This document shows, piece by piece, positions 1 to 8,801 of a stretch of 37,305 nucleotides of DNA. Under the pieces are notes generated by a model. That model was not told the origin of the DNA. It saw nothing but the letters and a program-made list of their open reading frames with translations, and ran no database searches. How positions within the stretch are numbered: the first letter of the stretch is position 1; every line of letters begins with the position of its first letter. The stretch is from a virus (lineage: Duplodnaviria; Caudoviricetes). The stretch spans positions 1-37,305 of IMG/VR virus record IMGVR_UViG_3300035102_000519. One strand, given 5' to 3'. The position numbers and the translations under genes were made by a program.

Positions 1-351
1 TTACAGATGTTGAAACAGAGAGCCCTGTTTCGGGGCGCGCCGTTCGCGCTCGGCTTTGAGGATACGGTAGATCGTCTGACGGGACAACCTGAACTTTTTG
101 ACTAAGGTATTGATGTTGTCTCCGGTGAAGGCGTCCATAATCTCCGCATTACGGGTGTGCATTCTGGTGGCCAGGTCCATAGGGATATAGAGCACCTGCC
201 CACCCCAGTTGTCGGCAATGCGCACGGCAACGTCTTGGGCAATGCCTTTGGCTACGCCGTCGGGAAGCTGTACTTTGTTGGTCAGAACGTCGGCCACGTG
301 GTCCCGCAGGTCCATGAGGAGTTCCGCTCCAACTTCGCCGGGCTTATTCAT
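1..351 (-). CDS. mor: Mor/C family transcription activator
   Basis: WGGQVLYIP motif, RNAEIMDAFTGDN and C-terminal HTH (LVKKFRLSRQTIYRIL); follows gemA. Confidence 0.93.
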   Translation of the reverse strand: MNKPGEVGAELLMDLRDHVADVLTNKVQLPDGVAKGIAQDVAVRIADNWGGQVLYIPMDLATRMHTRNAEIMDAFTGDNINTLVKKFRLSRQTIYRILKAERERRAPKQGSLFQHL

Positions 352-787
352 CGCATTCCTCCACGCGTTGCTGCCATTTCTTGAGCGCCTCGATGATGCT
401 GCTTGCCTGCCAGCGGTTGAGCCATCGGTAGGACGCGACGCCGGGCTTGTTGTCGCGCCGGGTCATGCGTTGGGTGTAGGCGTTGAGCGCGGCCTCGCTC
501 GGGTCGCGGACGGCTCCGGCCTTGTGCAGTTCCTGCCACAGGACAAATATCTTGCGGGCCTGGGCGTCGGGGAGCGACGGTTTTTGCGTGGTCTGGCCGG
601 TCAACGTGTCCAGGTGGGCGCACAGGTTTTTGAGCTGCCCGTCGTTCAGGTCGGCAGTAGATGACACCTTGTAGCGCTCCTCCAGCATTGCCTGGTAGTC
701 GTCGTCAGGCATGACCAGGATGCGCCTTTGCAGCGTCTTGCATTTGCGAATGAGCTTTGACCTCAAGGTTGCTCCCTTGGCTTTCAT
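344..787 (-). CDS. gemA: GemA / Mu gp16 family protein (DUF1018)
   Basis: DDDYQAML..SSTADL..QL, KIFVLWQEL..GAVRDPSEAALNAY, ASSIIEALKKW pattern; GAGGAG SD. Confidence 0.88.
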   Translation of the reverse strand: MKAKGATLRSKLIRKCKTLQRRILVMPDDDYQAMLEERYKVSSTADLNDGQLKNLCAHLDTLTGQTTQKPSLPDAQARKIFVLWQELHKAGAVRDPSEAALNAYTQRMTRRDNKPGVASYRWLNRWQASSIIEALKKWQQRVEECDE

Positions 788-811
788 GGCGCATCTCCTC
801 TGCTTGGTTTG

Positions 812-862
812 CTACGCGACGCCCTTGCGGGCGTTTCGTCCCTACGGACTCGTCAGGCGTAG
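812..862 (-). ncRNA. Type I hammerhead ribozyme
   Basis: Minus strand reads CUACGC-CUGACGA-GUCC(GUAG)GGAC-GAA-ACGCCC(GCAA)GGGCGU-C-GCGUAG: intact catalytic core, three fully Watson-Crick stems, GUC cleavage triplet (cut between 818 and 817); intergenic. Confidence 0.93.
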
Positions 863-865
863 TTC

Positions 866-1123
866 CTAGGGCCAGGGGTAAAAGCCCTCTATCTCGTACT
901 CTTCGTCGGCCATCTTCTCTGAGATTTTCACCTCCATGGATTCTCCCTCGGAAAGATCCTCCACGTTCCACTTTACTTCGCCCTCGTAGTGTTCGACGTC
1001 GAATACGTCGTCAATGTTGTCGTCCGCCCATTCTTGGGCGTCTTCTTTTGAGACAGAATCGGGGACCGTAAGGATTACGGTCTTCATTAACTTCTTTGTG
1101 ATATCAACTGCGTATGTTGCCAT
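866..1123 (-). CDS. Hypothetical acidic protein (85 aa)
   Basis: ORF with AAGGAG SD, very D/E-rich, AT-richer than flanking genes. Confidence 0.75.
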   Translation of the reverse strand: MATYAVDITKKLMKTVILTVPDSVSKEDAQEWADDNIDDVFDVEHYEGEVKWNVEDLSEGESMEVKISEKMADEEYEIEGFYPWP

Positions 1124-1156
1124 GTTGATTATCTCCTTTTACCTGCATCTTGCGGA

Positions 1157-1345
1157 TTAGTTGTTGTCTTCAACCAAGGGCAACAGCTCGACCAACTTTT
1201 CACGGACGGCCTGAAGTCTCACAGGATCAACCATCGGCATATTGAACGGTCCAGAAAGGTGGACATTGTTTGGATGGACAAGACCAGCAACCTCTTCAAG
1301 CAGACCGTTAAAATCGTACTTTTCGATGTCCACTTTCATTTCCAT
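1157..1345 (-). CDS. Hypothetical protein
   Basis: Small ORF co-oriented with early operon, GAGG SD; exact start uncertain. Confidence 0.65.
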   Translation of the reverse strand: MEMKVDIEKYDFNGLLEEVAGLVHPNNVHLSGPFNMPMVDPVRLQAVREKLVELLPLVEDNN

Positions 1346-1366
1346 CACCTCACTGCTAATACGTGG

Positions 1367-1708
1367 TTATTCGCCCTTGACCTTGGAAATAGCGTCTCGG
1401 ATGAAGTCATGGAGGGCTGTTATCTTTTGGTATTCCGGGGTATTTTCTACCGGAGTCCCTGCGTAATTTTCCACCATCTTAAAGAACTCCTTCTCCTCGA
1501 AAGGAGCGCACATCTCCAAGGCCGCAAGCAGTTCCTTGCGCTGCTCAATAAGAGTATCAAGCAGCTTGCCCGCGCGGACGATTTCGGCAGCCGAAGACTT
1601 CCGGCTTGCTTCGTCGTCTTCCAATTGGTCAGCAACCGATTGAGTCAATATGTTCAACGCGCATTCCCACGTCGGTGTCATGTCGATGGTGATCTCTTTT
1701 GCTTCCAT
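1367..1708 (-). CDS. Hypothetical protein (113 aa)
   Basis: Start MEAKEIT preceded by AAAGGA; helical, protein-like composition. Confidence 0.75.
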   Translation of the reverse strand: MEAKEITIDMTPTWECALNILTQSVADQLEDDEASRKSSAAEIVRAGKLLDTLIEQRKELLAALEMCAPFEEKEFFKMVENYAGTPVENTPEYQKITALHDFIRDAISKVKGE

Positions 1709-1734
1709 GATATTTCCTTTGGTCGTTGTTGCGC

Positions 1735-2109
1735 TCACCATTTAATGAGCGTGCCATCGAAAGGCAGCCCGTGTTCCTCGGCGATAAATTGCCGCAAGCC
1801 GTCGGCGTCCCGGAATCCGTCGGCCTGGGCCAACATGTCCAGCGCGTGGTCCTCTAGGGGCTTACCGTTGACGGTGACATTGATGCCCTGACCATTTGAC
1901 AGAAACCATATGGATATGGGCTCGGCGCTCTTGCACGATGGATCGGGCAGGACCAGCTTGCGGCAGCCCTGGGTGCGCATGCCGGTGTAGAGCTGCAACG
2001 GTTCGCCGGGGCGGGCGTGCCGCCGCTTGCCGTTGGCGCGGATGGTTTGCCGTTTTTTGAGGGCGGCCACATCATCCGCGAACTCCTGCTTAAAGTTGTA
2101 GGCAACCAT
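1735..2109 (-). CDS. ASCH/PUA-like domain protein
   Basis: MVAYNFK..F...V...KKRQTIR....RHARPGEPLQLYTGMRT..C and LAQADGF motifs; ATG overlaps upstream TAA. Confidence 0.7.
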   Translation of the reverse strand: MVAYNFKQEFADDVAALKKRQTIRANGKRRHARPGEPLQLYTGMRTQGCRKLVLPDPSCKSAEPISIWFLSNGQGINVTVNGKPLEDHALDMLAQADGFRDADGLRQFIAEEHGLPFDGTLIKW

Positions 2110-2351
2110 TACCGCTCCACCTCCTTCCGAATCCGCAGCATCCGGTCCGGCTCCACGCCCTCGGGCAGGGCGCAGGGGCCGAGTTCGCAGCCGAGGCAGA
2201 CCACGCCCTTGACGTTGTTCAGCTGGCGGGCCAAGGCAACGCCGGAGCTTTTGCACTTGAGCCCTGCGGGCATCCACAACGGCAGCGGCTGAGAGCCGCG
2301 CAGCTTGGGCTTGTCCTTTTCTTTGATGTACAGGTCTTTGCGAATCTCCAT
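2109..2351 (-). CDS. Hypothetical Cys-containing protein (80 aa)
   Basis: GGAGG SD, coupled to next gene; C..CLGC..C possible metal site. Confidence 0.7.
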   Translation of the reverse strand: MEIRKDLYIKEKDKPKLRGSQPLPLWMPAGLKCKSSGVALARQLNNVKGVVCLGCELGPCALPEGVEPDRMLRIRKEVER

Positions 2352-2359
2352 GAGGCCTC

Positions 2360-2560
2360 CTAGTGATCGGGCTGGCCGATCTCGGAACGGATCAGCCAGC
2401 CGGGGATTTCAAGGTCCAGCTCGTCGCCGCGCTCCACGTTGTCCGGGAACTCGACCTGGCTGCGGGGAATCCACATTTGAATGCCCGTGTCCTCAATCCT
2501 GCAAAGCACGGCCCGGCCGGTCGTGGCCTTGACCTGGACGATGTAGGTGCGATCAGCCAT
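2360..2560 (-). CDS. Hypothetical protein (66 aa, small beta-barrel-like)
   Basis: MADRTYIV start with GGAGG upstream; WIPRSQV..IPGWL motif common in small phage proteins. Confidence 0.72.
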   Translation of the reverse strand: MADRTYIVQVKATTGRAVLCRIEDTGIQMWIPRSQVEFPDNVERGDELDLEIPGWLIRSEIGQPDH

Positions 2561-2804
2561 GCTCCACCTCCGCAACCGCCGTCCTGGGGCCGGTGTGGCC
2601 GCTACAGGTGTCCTCGGTCTGCCCGGCCAGCACGGCCTCATGCCGCGCCACCAGCTGGTCCATGTGTTCGCATTGCGCCTTGGTCAGGCCGCCGTCCTCG
2701 CGGGCGTTCTTGAGCATCTTGACAAACTCGCGGACATCCTTCTGGAGGCGGAGGACTTGCGCCTCCGCCCCCTGCAACGCCTTGCAGCGTCCGCATTGGG
2801 TCAT
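2553..2804 (-). CDS. Hypothetical protein (83 aa)
   Basis: ATGA overlap with gam stop, overlaps next gene start; CxxC then coiled-coil. Confidence 0.68.
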   Translation of the reverse strand: MTQCGRCKALQGAEAQVLRLQKDVREFVKMLKNAREDGGLTKAQCEHMDQLVARHEAVLAGQTEDTCSGHTGPRTAVAEVEHG

Positions 2805-3310
2805 GCCTCACCTCCCAACTCTTCCTCGGCGGGTTCGATGAAGAACTCGTCGCTGACAACGCGGCGCATGCCCACGGTCTTGAGCTTGGAATCCTGCCAC
2901 CCGCGCATGGCCTCCTTGTTGACCGACTCTTTAACTGCGATGGCTTCTCTGATATCCAGCTCTTGGAGCCGCTCCAGGACCTGGGCCAGGGTCATCTTAG
3001 GAATGGGTTTGATCTTGGTAGCCTTGCGCCACCCGAAAACGCCATATGGCGTTTTTTGAGACTTGCGGGCCTTGAACAACTGATCCTTGTTCAGGGTCGC
3101 ATAGATGCACAGGGAGTTGCCGAGTTCTTTCTGGCGGGCCTTGAGCGGCTCCATTTCCGCCGCCGCGTTGGCCTTGATGAGGTCGATATTCTCCGCCGCG
3201 TCGATTTCGACGGCATTGATCTGTCGTCCCAACTGAGCCAGCTCCAGCATGGCCGCCTCGGCCTGCTTGGCGTCTGCAATGACTTTGGCTTTGGGTTTGC
3301 TTCTAGCCAT
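2801..3310 (-). CDS. gam: Host-nuclease inhibitor Gam family protein
   Basis: Coiled-coil N-half, KSQKTPYGVFGWRK, KESVNKEAM, GMRRVVSDEFFIEP signature. Confidence 0.88.
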   Translation of the reverse strand: MARSKPKAKVIADAKQAEAAMLELAQLGRQINAVEIDAAENIDLIKANAAAEMEPLKARQKELGNSLCIYATLNKDQLFKARKSQKTPYGVFGWRKATKIKPIPKMTLAQVLERLQELDIREAIAVKESVNKEAMRGWQDSKLKTVGMRRVVSDEFFIEPAEEELGGEA

Positions 3311-3551
3311 GGCAACCTCTCTCCAGCGGTGCGGTTTCCAGGGCGGCCACGGTATCGGCGTCGGCCAGGAGCGCATTGCAAATATGGGTGGCCATTTCGA
3401 GAGAGTCGGTGGGCATGTCCCGCTGGATGATGCACTTGAGCGCCATGGCCTTGTCCGCGATCTTGGCGCTGACGTAGCCCTCGGGGGCGGACCAGCCCAC
3501 GTTGCCAGTCTGACGGCGGGTTTCCTTGTCGGGCAGGATTCTGAGTTTCAT
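3303..3551 (-). CDS. Hypothetical protein (82 aa)
   Basis: GGAGG SD, tight packing between ATPase and gam. Confidence 0.72.
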   Translation of the reverse strand: MKLRILPDKETRRQTGNVGWSAPEGYVSAKIADKAMALKCIIQRDMPTDSLEMATHICNALLADADTVAALETAPLERGCHG

Positions 3552-3563
3552 GTCTGGAACCTC

Positions 3564-4721
3564 CTAGACTTGCTTGACGATTTCAGGGGTGACCAGCGGG
3601 GAGCCTACGTTGGCGGCCAGGTTCATGGCAGCAACCACCAGGTTGCCCACCGCCAGGGGGTAGACCAGGGAAACGGAGTCATTGACGCCCGAGCGGCTGG
3701 CCGCGCCGGTCAACTTGGAGCGCAGTGTCTCAATCGCTTCACCGGAGATGATCTTCTCAGCATCGGCCCCGACCCGGCCAAAACGAAACTTGACATAGTC
3801 CGGCAAGCTTCCGTTCATCGGGCGAAGCTCGATCTTCTCGCAGCGCTGGACCACCTCACGGACCTGGGCATTGGACTCGCTCAACTTGTGCTTGAGCTCG
3901 GGTTGGCCGAGCAGGATGATGGACATAAGCTTGCGGAATCCGTCCTCCAACTCCAGGAAACGTTTGAGGTGCTTGATGGTGGGAATGGGGAGCCCGTGAG
4001 CCTCCTCAATGATCAGGCAATGAGAGGACCCGGCCCGGCTCGACTCGCGCAAAACCCGGTGCAGTTGGTGGAACCGCGCCTCCGGGCTGGACTTGATGGA
4101 CTCGGACGGGGCTACGGTCTCCATGATCGCCTCGGCAATATGCAGCGCCTTGAGGGTCTTGCCCGTCTTGTCGTTATCCTCCATGGCCAGGACATACGGC
4201 TCAATGACGTGGACGGACTGATTCTCGCGGCTGATGCGGTCGACCAACTCCTTGCGCAGAGTGGACTTGCCGCTGCCTGACTCGCCGATCACGGCCACGA
4301 ATCCCCCCTTTCGGGCGGTCAGGAACATGGCCTCGCGCACGTATCGGATGTCCGGGGAAAAGAACACGTCCTCGGGGCCGGTAACCTCTCCGAATGGGTT
4401 AACCATCAGCCCGAAGTGGCGCTTGGTTTCGGGGAATAATTCCTGCTTACCTAACAACATAAACTCCTCCATTTCTTCGGCGTGTTGTGCCGGTGTTTTG
4501 GCGCGGCTCTGGCGGAACAGGTGCTTGACCTTGTTGCCGTCCGCTCCGGCCTTGCGCAGTTGCTTACGGATGCGAGCCTGGAGTTCCTGGAGGTCCAGGG
4601 TCTTGGGCCAGACATCGCGGTTGACGATCTCATTGACGGCCGCCGGGCTGAGTTCCAGGCCTCGGGCCAAGGCCCGCTGCGAGAGTCCGACTTCGGCCAA
4701 CAAATTTTTCAGCTTGGTCAT
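3564..4721 (-). CDS. Transposition AAA+ ATPase (MuB analogue, ExeA-like) with N-terminal HTH
   Basis: Walker A GESGSGKS, Walker B LIIEEAH, LLGQPEL, EVVQRCE; N-terminal LSQRALARGLELSPAAVNEI HTH; directly after transposase. Confidence 0.92.
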   Translation of the reverse strand: MTKLKNLLAEVGLSQRALARGLELSPAAVNEIVNRDVWPKTLDLQELQARIRKQLRKAGADGNKVKHLFRQSRAKTPAQHAEEMEEFMLLGKQELFPETKRHFGLMVNPFGEVTGPEDVFFSPDIRYVREAMFLTARKGGFVAVIGESGSGKSTLRKELVDRISRENQSVHVIEPYVLAMEDNDKTGKTLKALHIAEAIMETVAPSESIKSSPEARFHQLHRVLRESSRAGSSHCLIIEEAHGLPIPTIKHLKRFLELEDGFRKLMSIILLGQPELKHKLSESNAQVREVVQRCEKIELRPMNGSLPDYVKFRFGRVGADAEKIISGEAIETLRSKLTGAASRSGVNDSVSLVYPLAVGNLVVAAMNLAANVGSPLVTPEIVKQV

Positions 4722-4724
4722 GAG

Positions 4725-6443
4725 TTACCCCTGGTTTGCCACCAGCTTGAGCGGCGCGGGTGTGGCGTCTTGCTTGACGAAACGGGCCTCAATGGAATCC
4801 ATCTCGTCCATGGGGACGCCGTCCGGGTAGCGCTGTGTGAGCCATGCGTAGGCCTCGCCGGTCCACCGGTCGCCCAGGCGGGCCTTGAGCTGCATGGCGG
4901 CTTCCACGATAGTCAGCGGCGGCAACTCCCGTTTGCTCGCGTCCAGCCCCAGGTCCCGGCCTCGCTTGGGCAGGTACTCGGGGGCGGGCTTGATGTCGGC
5001 CATGACGTCCACGCGCTCGGGGGCGCGGGGGTGCTTGGCGTCGGGTCCGGCCGCCTCGTCGATCTCCTTGACGTGCCGGTCCGCAATGGTGTCGGGCTGC
5101 GCCTGGTATTCCTGGCCGTAAACCGGGGCGTCCTCCCAAAATCCGGCGTCGTTCATCTTCACCGGTTCGATGGTCCAGACCGGCGCTTCGGCCAGGGCCG
5201 GATCGGGCACGGCCACGTCCACGGCCGGGGCTCGGTACGGGTTGACCACAACCTGCACTTTCATGTTCGGCACCAGGCCGGGTAGCATGCGCAGGTCGTA
5301 GGTGTTCCGTCCGTATCCCTTAATGGCGTGAGTGATGGTCATGTCGGGCTTGACCTTGGCGTCCACCGGCTTGGTGGTGACCAGCTCGCGGCACAGTTCC
5401 AGGGCCGGGGCTAAGCGCAGTTGCGCCTCGGTGATGGTCAGCCAGATGTCGTTCCGCGACTTGCCTGTTCGGCTGTGGATGGCATGGGCGTTGTAATGCT
5501 GCCGCCAGCGGTCGGCCGCGTTCTGCAACTCCTCCAGGCTGTTAATATGGAGGTAGCCGAGGCGGCTCTCAAATTGCGTTTCAACAATGTTGTTCGCGCA
5601 CTCGACCTGCCCCTTGGCGCGGGGGTTGCCCGGTTTGTGGACCGCGACCTCCACGCCCAGGCGGGCGCAGAGGTTGAGGAACAGGTGGGAGGTGTTTGCG
5701 GACCCCGCGTCCATGCCCAGGATGTAGCAGATACCGTGCATGGGGTCGTGCCGCCCCCGGTAGCTGACAGCGTCCAGGAAGACGTCCACCAGCCCCTGGG
5801 CGGACTCGCCCGCGGCCTGCACATACCGGACGTAAATCGTGCCGGAGTAGTGGTCGGTAATGACGTAGCGCCACACCCGCTCACGCTCGGCCTTCTTCAC
5901 GTTCAGCGGCTTGTTCTTATAGAACTTGGCCTCCTCCATGACGGCCAGGCCGCCCTTGGGGAGGTAGAATAATACGCAGATGGACGGGTCCACCTGCCAG
6001 ACATGGTTGGGGTGCAGGGAGCGCATGTGGACGAACGGCTTGCCCGTGGCCAACATGTCCGGGTGGCAGCGGTATCGCCGCATGGCCCGGCTCAATGTGG
6101 TGGGGGAAACGTCGGCGTCCTCGAAACCGGAGTCCCGCAGGATCGCGGCGGCCACGGTCAGCGGCATGGTCCGCTTGCCGTTATCGCGGGTGGACTTGTG
6201 CATAAGGTGCGAGAGCGCCTTGCAGGTCCCCTCGGACACGGTCAAGTCACCGGCGTTACGCCTTTTCTTGCGCCCGGACTTCCAGCCTATATCGGACTTG
6301 AGTCGCCGGTATACGGTCTGCTCGGAGCAGTTGAGCAGCTTCGCCACCTGGCTAACCATGGGGGCGCGTTGACCATGCTCGGCAGCATCCAGACGGACGG
6401 CCAGGTCGCGCAGAGTGTCGAGGACGCCGAGGTTAGTGGTCAT
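4725..6443 (-). CDS. DDE transposase (MuA analogue, integrase core)
   Basis: HPNHVWQVD, DHYSG, MDAGSAN, NPRAKGQVE catalytic motifs; N-terminal HTH. Confidence 0.95.
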   Translation of the reverse strand: MTTNLGVLDTLRDLAVRLDAAEHGQRAPMVSQVAKLLNCSEQTVYRRLKSDIGWKSGRKKRRNAGDLTVSEGTCKALSHLMHKSTRDNGKRTMPLTVAAAILRDSGFEDADVSPTTLSRAMRRYRCHPDMLATGKPFVHMRSLHPNHVWQVDPSICVLFYLPKGGLAVMEEAKFYKNKPLNVKKAERERVWRYVITDHYSGTIYVRYVQAAGESAQGLVDVFLDAVSYRGRHDPMHGICYILGMDAGSANTSHLFLNLCARLGVEVAVHKPGNPRAKGQVECANNIVETQFESRLGYLHINSLEELQNAADRWRQHYNAHAIHSRTGKSRNDIWLTITEAQLRLAPALELCRELVTTKPVDAKVKPDMTITHAIKGYGRNTYDLRMLPGLVPNMKVQVVVNPYRAPAVDVAVPDPALAEAPVWTIEPVKMNDAGFWEDAPVYGQEYQAQPDTIADRHVKEIDEAAGPDAKHPRAPERVDVMADIKPAPEYLPKRGRDLGLDASKRELPPLTIVEAAMQLKARLGDRWTGEAYAWLTQRYPDGVPMDEMDSIEARFVKQDATPAPLKLVANQG

Positions 6444-6446
6444 GGC

Positions 6447-7889
6447 CTACCAGCTCCGCCCGTTGGGGGTGTTGGTCTGGCCCGCTTCCAGGTCGGCCTG
6501 GGCCGTCTCGCGCATCCAGGCCGGGCTGACCTCCTCCTCGAAGTCCACCGGGATATTGTGCTGGATCAGCGCCGCGTTGATGGCCTGGCAGTAGTTTCCG
6601 ACCGAACCAATCACATGCTGCGAGGTGTGCGCCGAAACGTCGTGGCTGTTCAAAATCGCCTCCACCTGGACCAGGAACTCGTTCCACCCCACCAGGGCGG
6701 TCATGTAGGCGTTTTCCAGCGCCTTGACGGCCTCGGCCTCGCGGGCCAGGCGCAGTTCTTGGTCCGCGTCCTTGGGCAGGCTCTTGAGCCGGAAAAGCTC
6801 CTCCTCGGTCTTCTCCAATCGGGTGGCCTTGTCTTCCAGCAGCTTGCCGCGCGCATCCAGGTCGGCGGTCAGGCCGTCCTTTTCTCTTTTCGCGGCTTCG
6901 CGTTCGGCCTGGTGCTTGGCCGCCATGTCTTCCAGGATCGCCAGGACATCCTCCTTGGACTCGGATTCGATGGCCTGCTTGACGATGGCCTGTTCCGCCT
7001 CGGGCAGCGCCTTGAGGGCGCGGTAATCCTTGGCCCGGAAGCCTATGCGCTCGGCGGATTCGTAGAGGTCGGAACCGAGGGTGCGGAGGTTGCCGATGAG
7101 GTCACGAACATAGCGCCCGGTCTTCCCGAGGAAGTGGTCGCAAAATTCATCAAAAGTGGAAATGTATTTCCGGTTTCCGTCGTTGTCATTATACGGCAAA
7201 CCTTTGTATTTCTTGTCTTCGCGCACCTGTCGGGCAAACTGCGCAGCGGAAATATTTCCGATTTTTGCGAAGAACGTGGACGCCTCAATCCGCCCGATTG
7301 CCTTGAAGACATCGGCACTATCCAGTACGGCCTGGTCGATGGCAGCGGCGGTATGCTGCGTCTCATTCAGGGCCGCGCCCCGCTCCGGCGTGATCTCGGG
7401 AACCAGGGGGGCGTCGGAGACTTCCTGAGGCTCGCCCTGGACGGCGATCAACTCGCACAGCCCCTCGGGCCGGGTGCACTTGCCGGTCTCGCCGGGAATC
7501 AGCTTGCCGGGCGTGGGGTTGCTCTTGGATTTGTGGTGCTTGCAAGTGGAGCAGGAACAGGTGGTCTCATCGGTATGCCCGCCCCATGCAGCGTCCTCAC
7601 GGTCGATGCAGTCACGAACGGCCAGGGAGAGCTTGACCGCCATGTCCTCGCCGTCAAGAAGCAAGGCTTGGCAGACGTCGGAGGCCAGTTCGTCCGGGCT
7701 CACGTCGCCGCGTTCGTCGGCCCAAAGACAGGCATAGGTGTCCAGGGCGGCCTGGGTCTTGGCGGTGCGGCTGACCGGGTTCTCAAAATTCGCCGCGATA
7801 AAGTCTTGGACGGTGGCGGGCAGAGTGCGCGTGGTGGTGTCGGTGGCCGGCAGAGTGCGCGTGGTGGTGTCGGTGGCCGGGCTAGTCAT
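6447..7889 (-). CDS. Early protein preceding transposase (DUF3102-like, coiled-coil C-terminus) with long N-terminal extension
   Basis: Position typical of B3-like phages; TFDEFCDHFLG motif, GFRAKDYRALKALPE; Cys cluster and tandem repeat in N-part. Confidence 0.75.
   Translation of the reverse strand: MTSPATDTTTRTLPATDTTTRTLPATVQDFIAANFENPVSRTAKTQAALDTYACLWADERGDVSPDELASDVCQALLLDGEDMAVKLSLAVRDCIDREDAAWGGHTDETTCSCSTCKHHKSKSNPTPGKLIPGETGKCTRPEGLCELIAVQGEPQEVSDAPLVPEITPERGAALNETQHTAAAIDQAVLDSADVFKAIGRIEASTFFAKIGNISAAQFARQVREDKKYKGLPYNDNDGNRKYISTFDEFCDHFLGKTGRYVRDLIGNLRTLGSDLYESAERIGFRAKDYRALKALPEAEQAIVKQAIESESKEDVLAILEDMAAKHQAEREAAKREKDGLTADLDARGKLLEDKATRLEKTEEELFRLKSLPKDADQELRLAREAEAVKALENAYMTALVGWNEFLVQVEAILNSHDVSAHTSQHVIGSVGNYCQAINAALIQHNIPVDFEEEVSPAWMRETAQADLEAGQTNTPNGRSW
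7811..7880. repeat. 30-bp in-frame tandem repeat (2 exact copies + partial)
   Basis: CAGAGTGCGCGTGGTGGTGTCGGTGGCCGG at 7821-7850 and 7851-7880; encodes PATDTTTRTL x2. Confidence 0.95.
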
Positions 7890-8169
7890 TGTTGGTCACC
7901 TCCCGCAGCGTGCGCTGCAAGTCGCGCAGCATCAGGCATTCCTCGCGCCCCTGCACGATGGCGGACATCCCCAGGGTGTGCCCTCCCGCTTTGGCGGGCA
8001 GACTTGTCGAACTCCATTTTTCGCGGGGGAGCAGGTCGCGCAGCTTTGAGCAGACGTCGGGCCCGGCAGCGGCCACGGCGTAGGCCATGGGCACGCCGTG
8101 CATGTCCGAAACGATGGGGACGAGAGAGAGGAGCTGTCCCATCTGGTAGCATTGGTACTCTTTGTCCAT
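7882..8169 (-). CDS. Hypothetical protein (95 aa)
   Basis: AAGGAGG SD, overlaps start of next gene. Confidence 0.72.
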   Translation of the reverse strand: MDKEYQCYQMGQLLSLVPIVSDMHGVPMAYAVAAAGPDVCSKLRDLLPREKWSSTSLPAKAGGHTLGMSAIVQGREECLMLRDLQRTLREVTNND

Positions 8170-8182
8170 GTGAGCCTCCTTG

Positions 8183-8482
8183 TTAGTTGAGCGCGCCCGC
8201 CATGACGCGCTGGTTGATTTCGTTCATGCGGTTGTTCACCCTGGCCATCTCGTTGGCGTGGGCCTGGGCTATTTGCAGCGTGGCGATGGAGGGGGCGTAG
8301 CGCCCGGTATCCAATCGGGTGACAAACCCCTCGTCCACCAGGACGGTCAGGGCGCGGGAAATATTGACGGCGCTTTCGCCCAGGGCCTGGGCTATTTCAC
8401 CGTTGGACAGTCCGTCCATGGTGCGGCCCTTGAGCATGGACAGGACGCGCAGCACACGCTGCGAGGAAGACATTTTAGCCAT
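8183..8482 (-). CDS. IclR-type winged-HTH DNA-binding protein
   Basis: RVLRVLSML..GLSNGEIAQALGESAVNISRALTVL..EGF..GRY pattern. Confidence 0.85.
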   Translation of the reverse strand: MAKMSSSQRVLRVLSMLKGRTMDGLSNGEIAQALGESAVNISRALTVLVDEGFVTRLDTGRYAPSIATLQIAQAHANEMARVNNRMNEINQRVMAGALN

Positions 8483-8696
8483 GGACGGCCTCCGATCCGG
8501 GGTTGACCGGGTACAGGGTGGCGCAGACGAACCCGCCCGCCAGAAGCCGGGCCACCAGGTCGGCCCGCTCGTCCGGCCTGGGGCAAATCTCCCGCAGGTC
8601 CGCGTCGGTGATGGTTCGCGTTCCGATCAGCTGCAACGCCTTGCGCATGCGCTGCATTTGCAGCGTCTCTTTGATGGTGATCTGCTTATACGCCAT
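8475..8696 (-). CDS. Hypothetical protein (73 aa)
   Basis: AGGAGG SD before MAYKQ; overlaps start of IclR-like gene. Confidence 0.65.
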   Translation of the reverse strand: MAYKQITIKETLQMQRMRKALQLIGTRTITDADLREICPRPDERADLVARLLAGGFVCATLYPVNPGSEAVHG

Positions 8697-8712
8697 GGGA
8701 ACCTCCTGCTGT

Positions 8713-8797
8713 TTGTGGGCACCGGTTCCTCCTGCTATGGTCGGGGTGTCCAAACCACGGGCGCTCTGCGGCGCTCGAACCGCACAGGAGGAACCGG
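8713..8797 (+). promoter_or_regulatory. Putative promoter of the antisense gene inside a 13-bp inverted repeat
   Basis: TTGTGG-N17-TATGGT with TG extension (8733-8741); CCGGTTCCTCCTG (8722-8734) / CAGGAGGAACCGG (8785-8797). Confidence 0.55.
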
Positions 8798-8801
8798 AAA
8801 T

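Noticed and set aside
1-60. Prophage left end (TG terminus, transposase binding sites, target duplication)
   Set aside because: Window begins at the mor stop codon and ends at the mom stop codon; termini lie outside
6003-8186. 727-aa plus-strand ORF
   Set aside because: Antisense shadow of well-supported minus-strand genes in GC-rich DNA; no recognisable motifs
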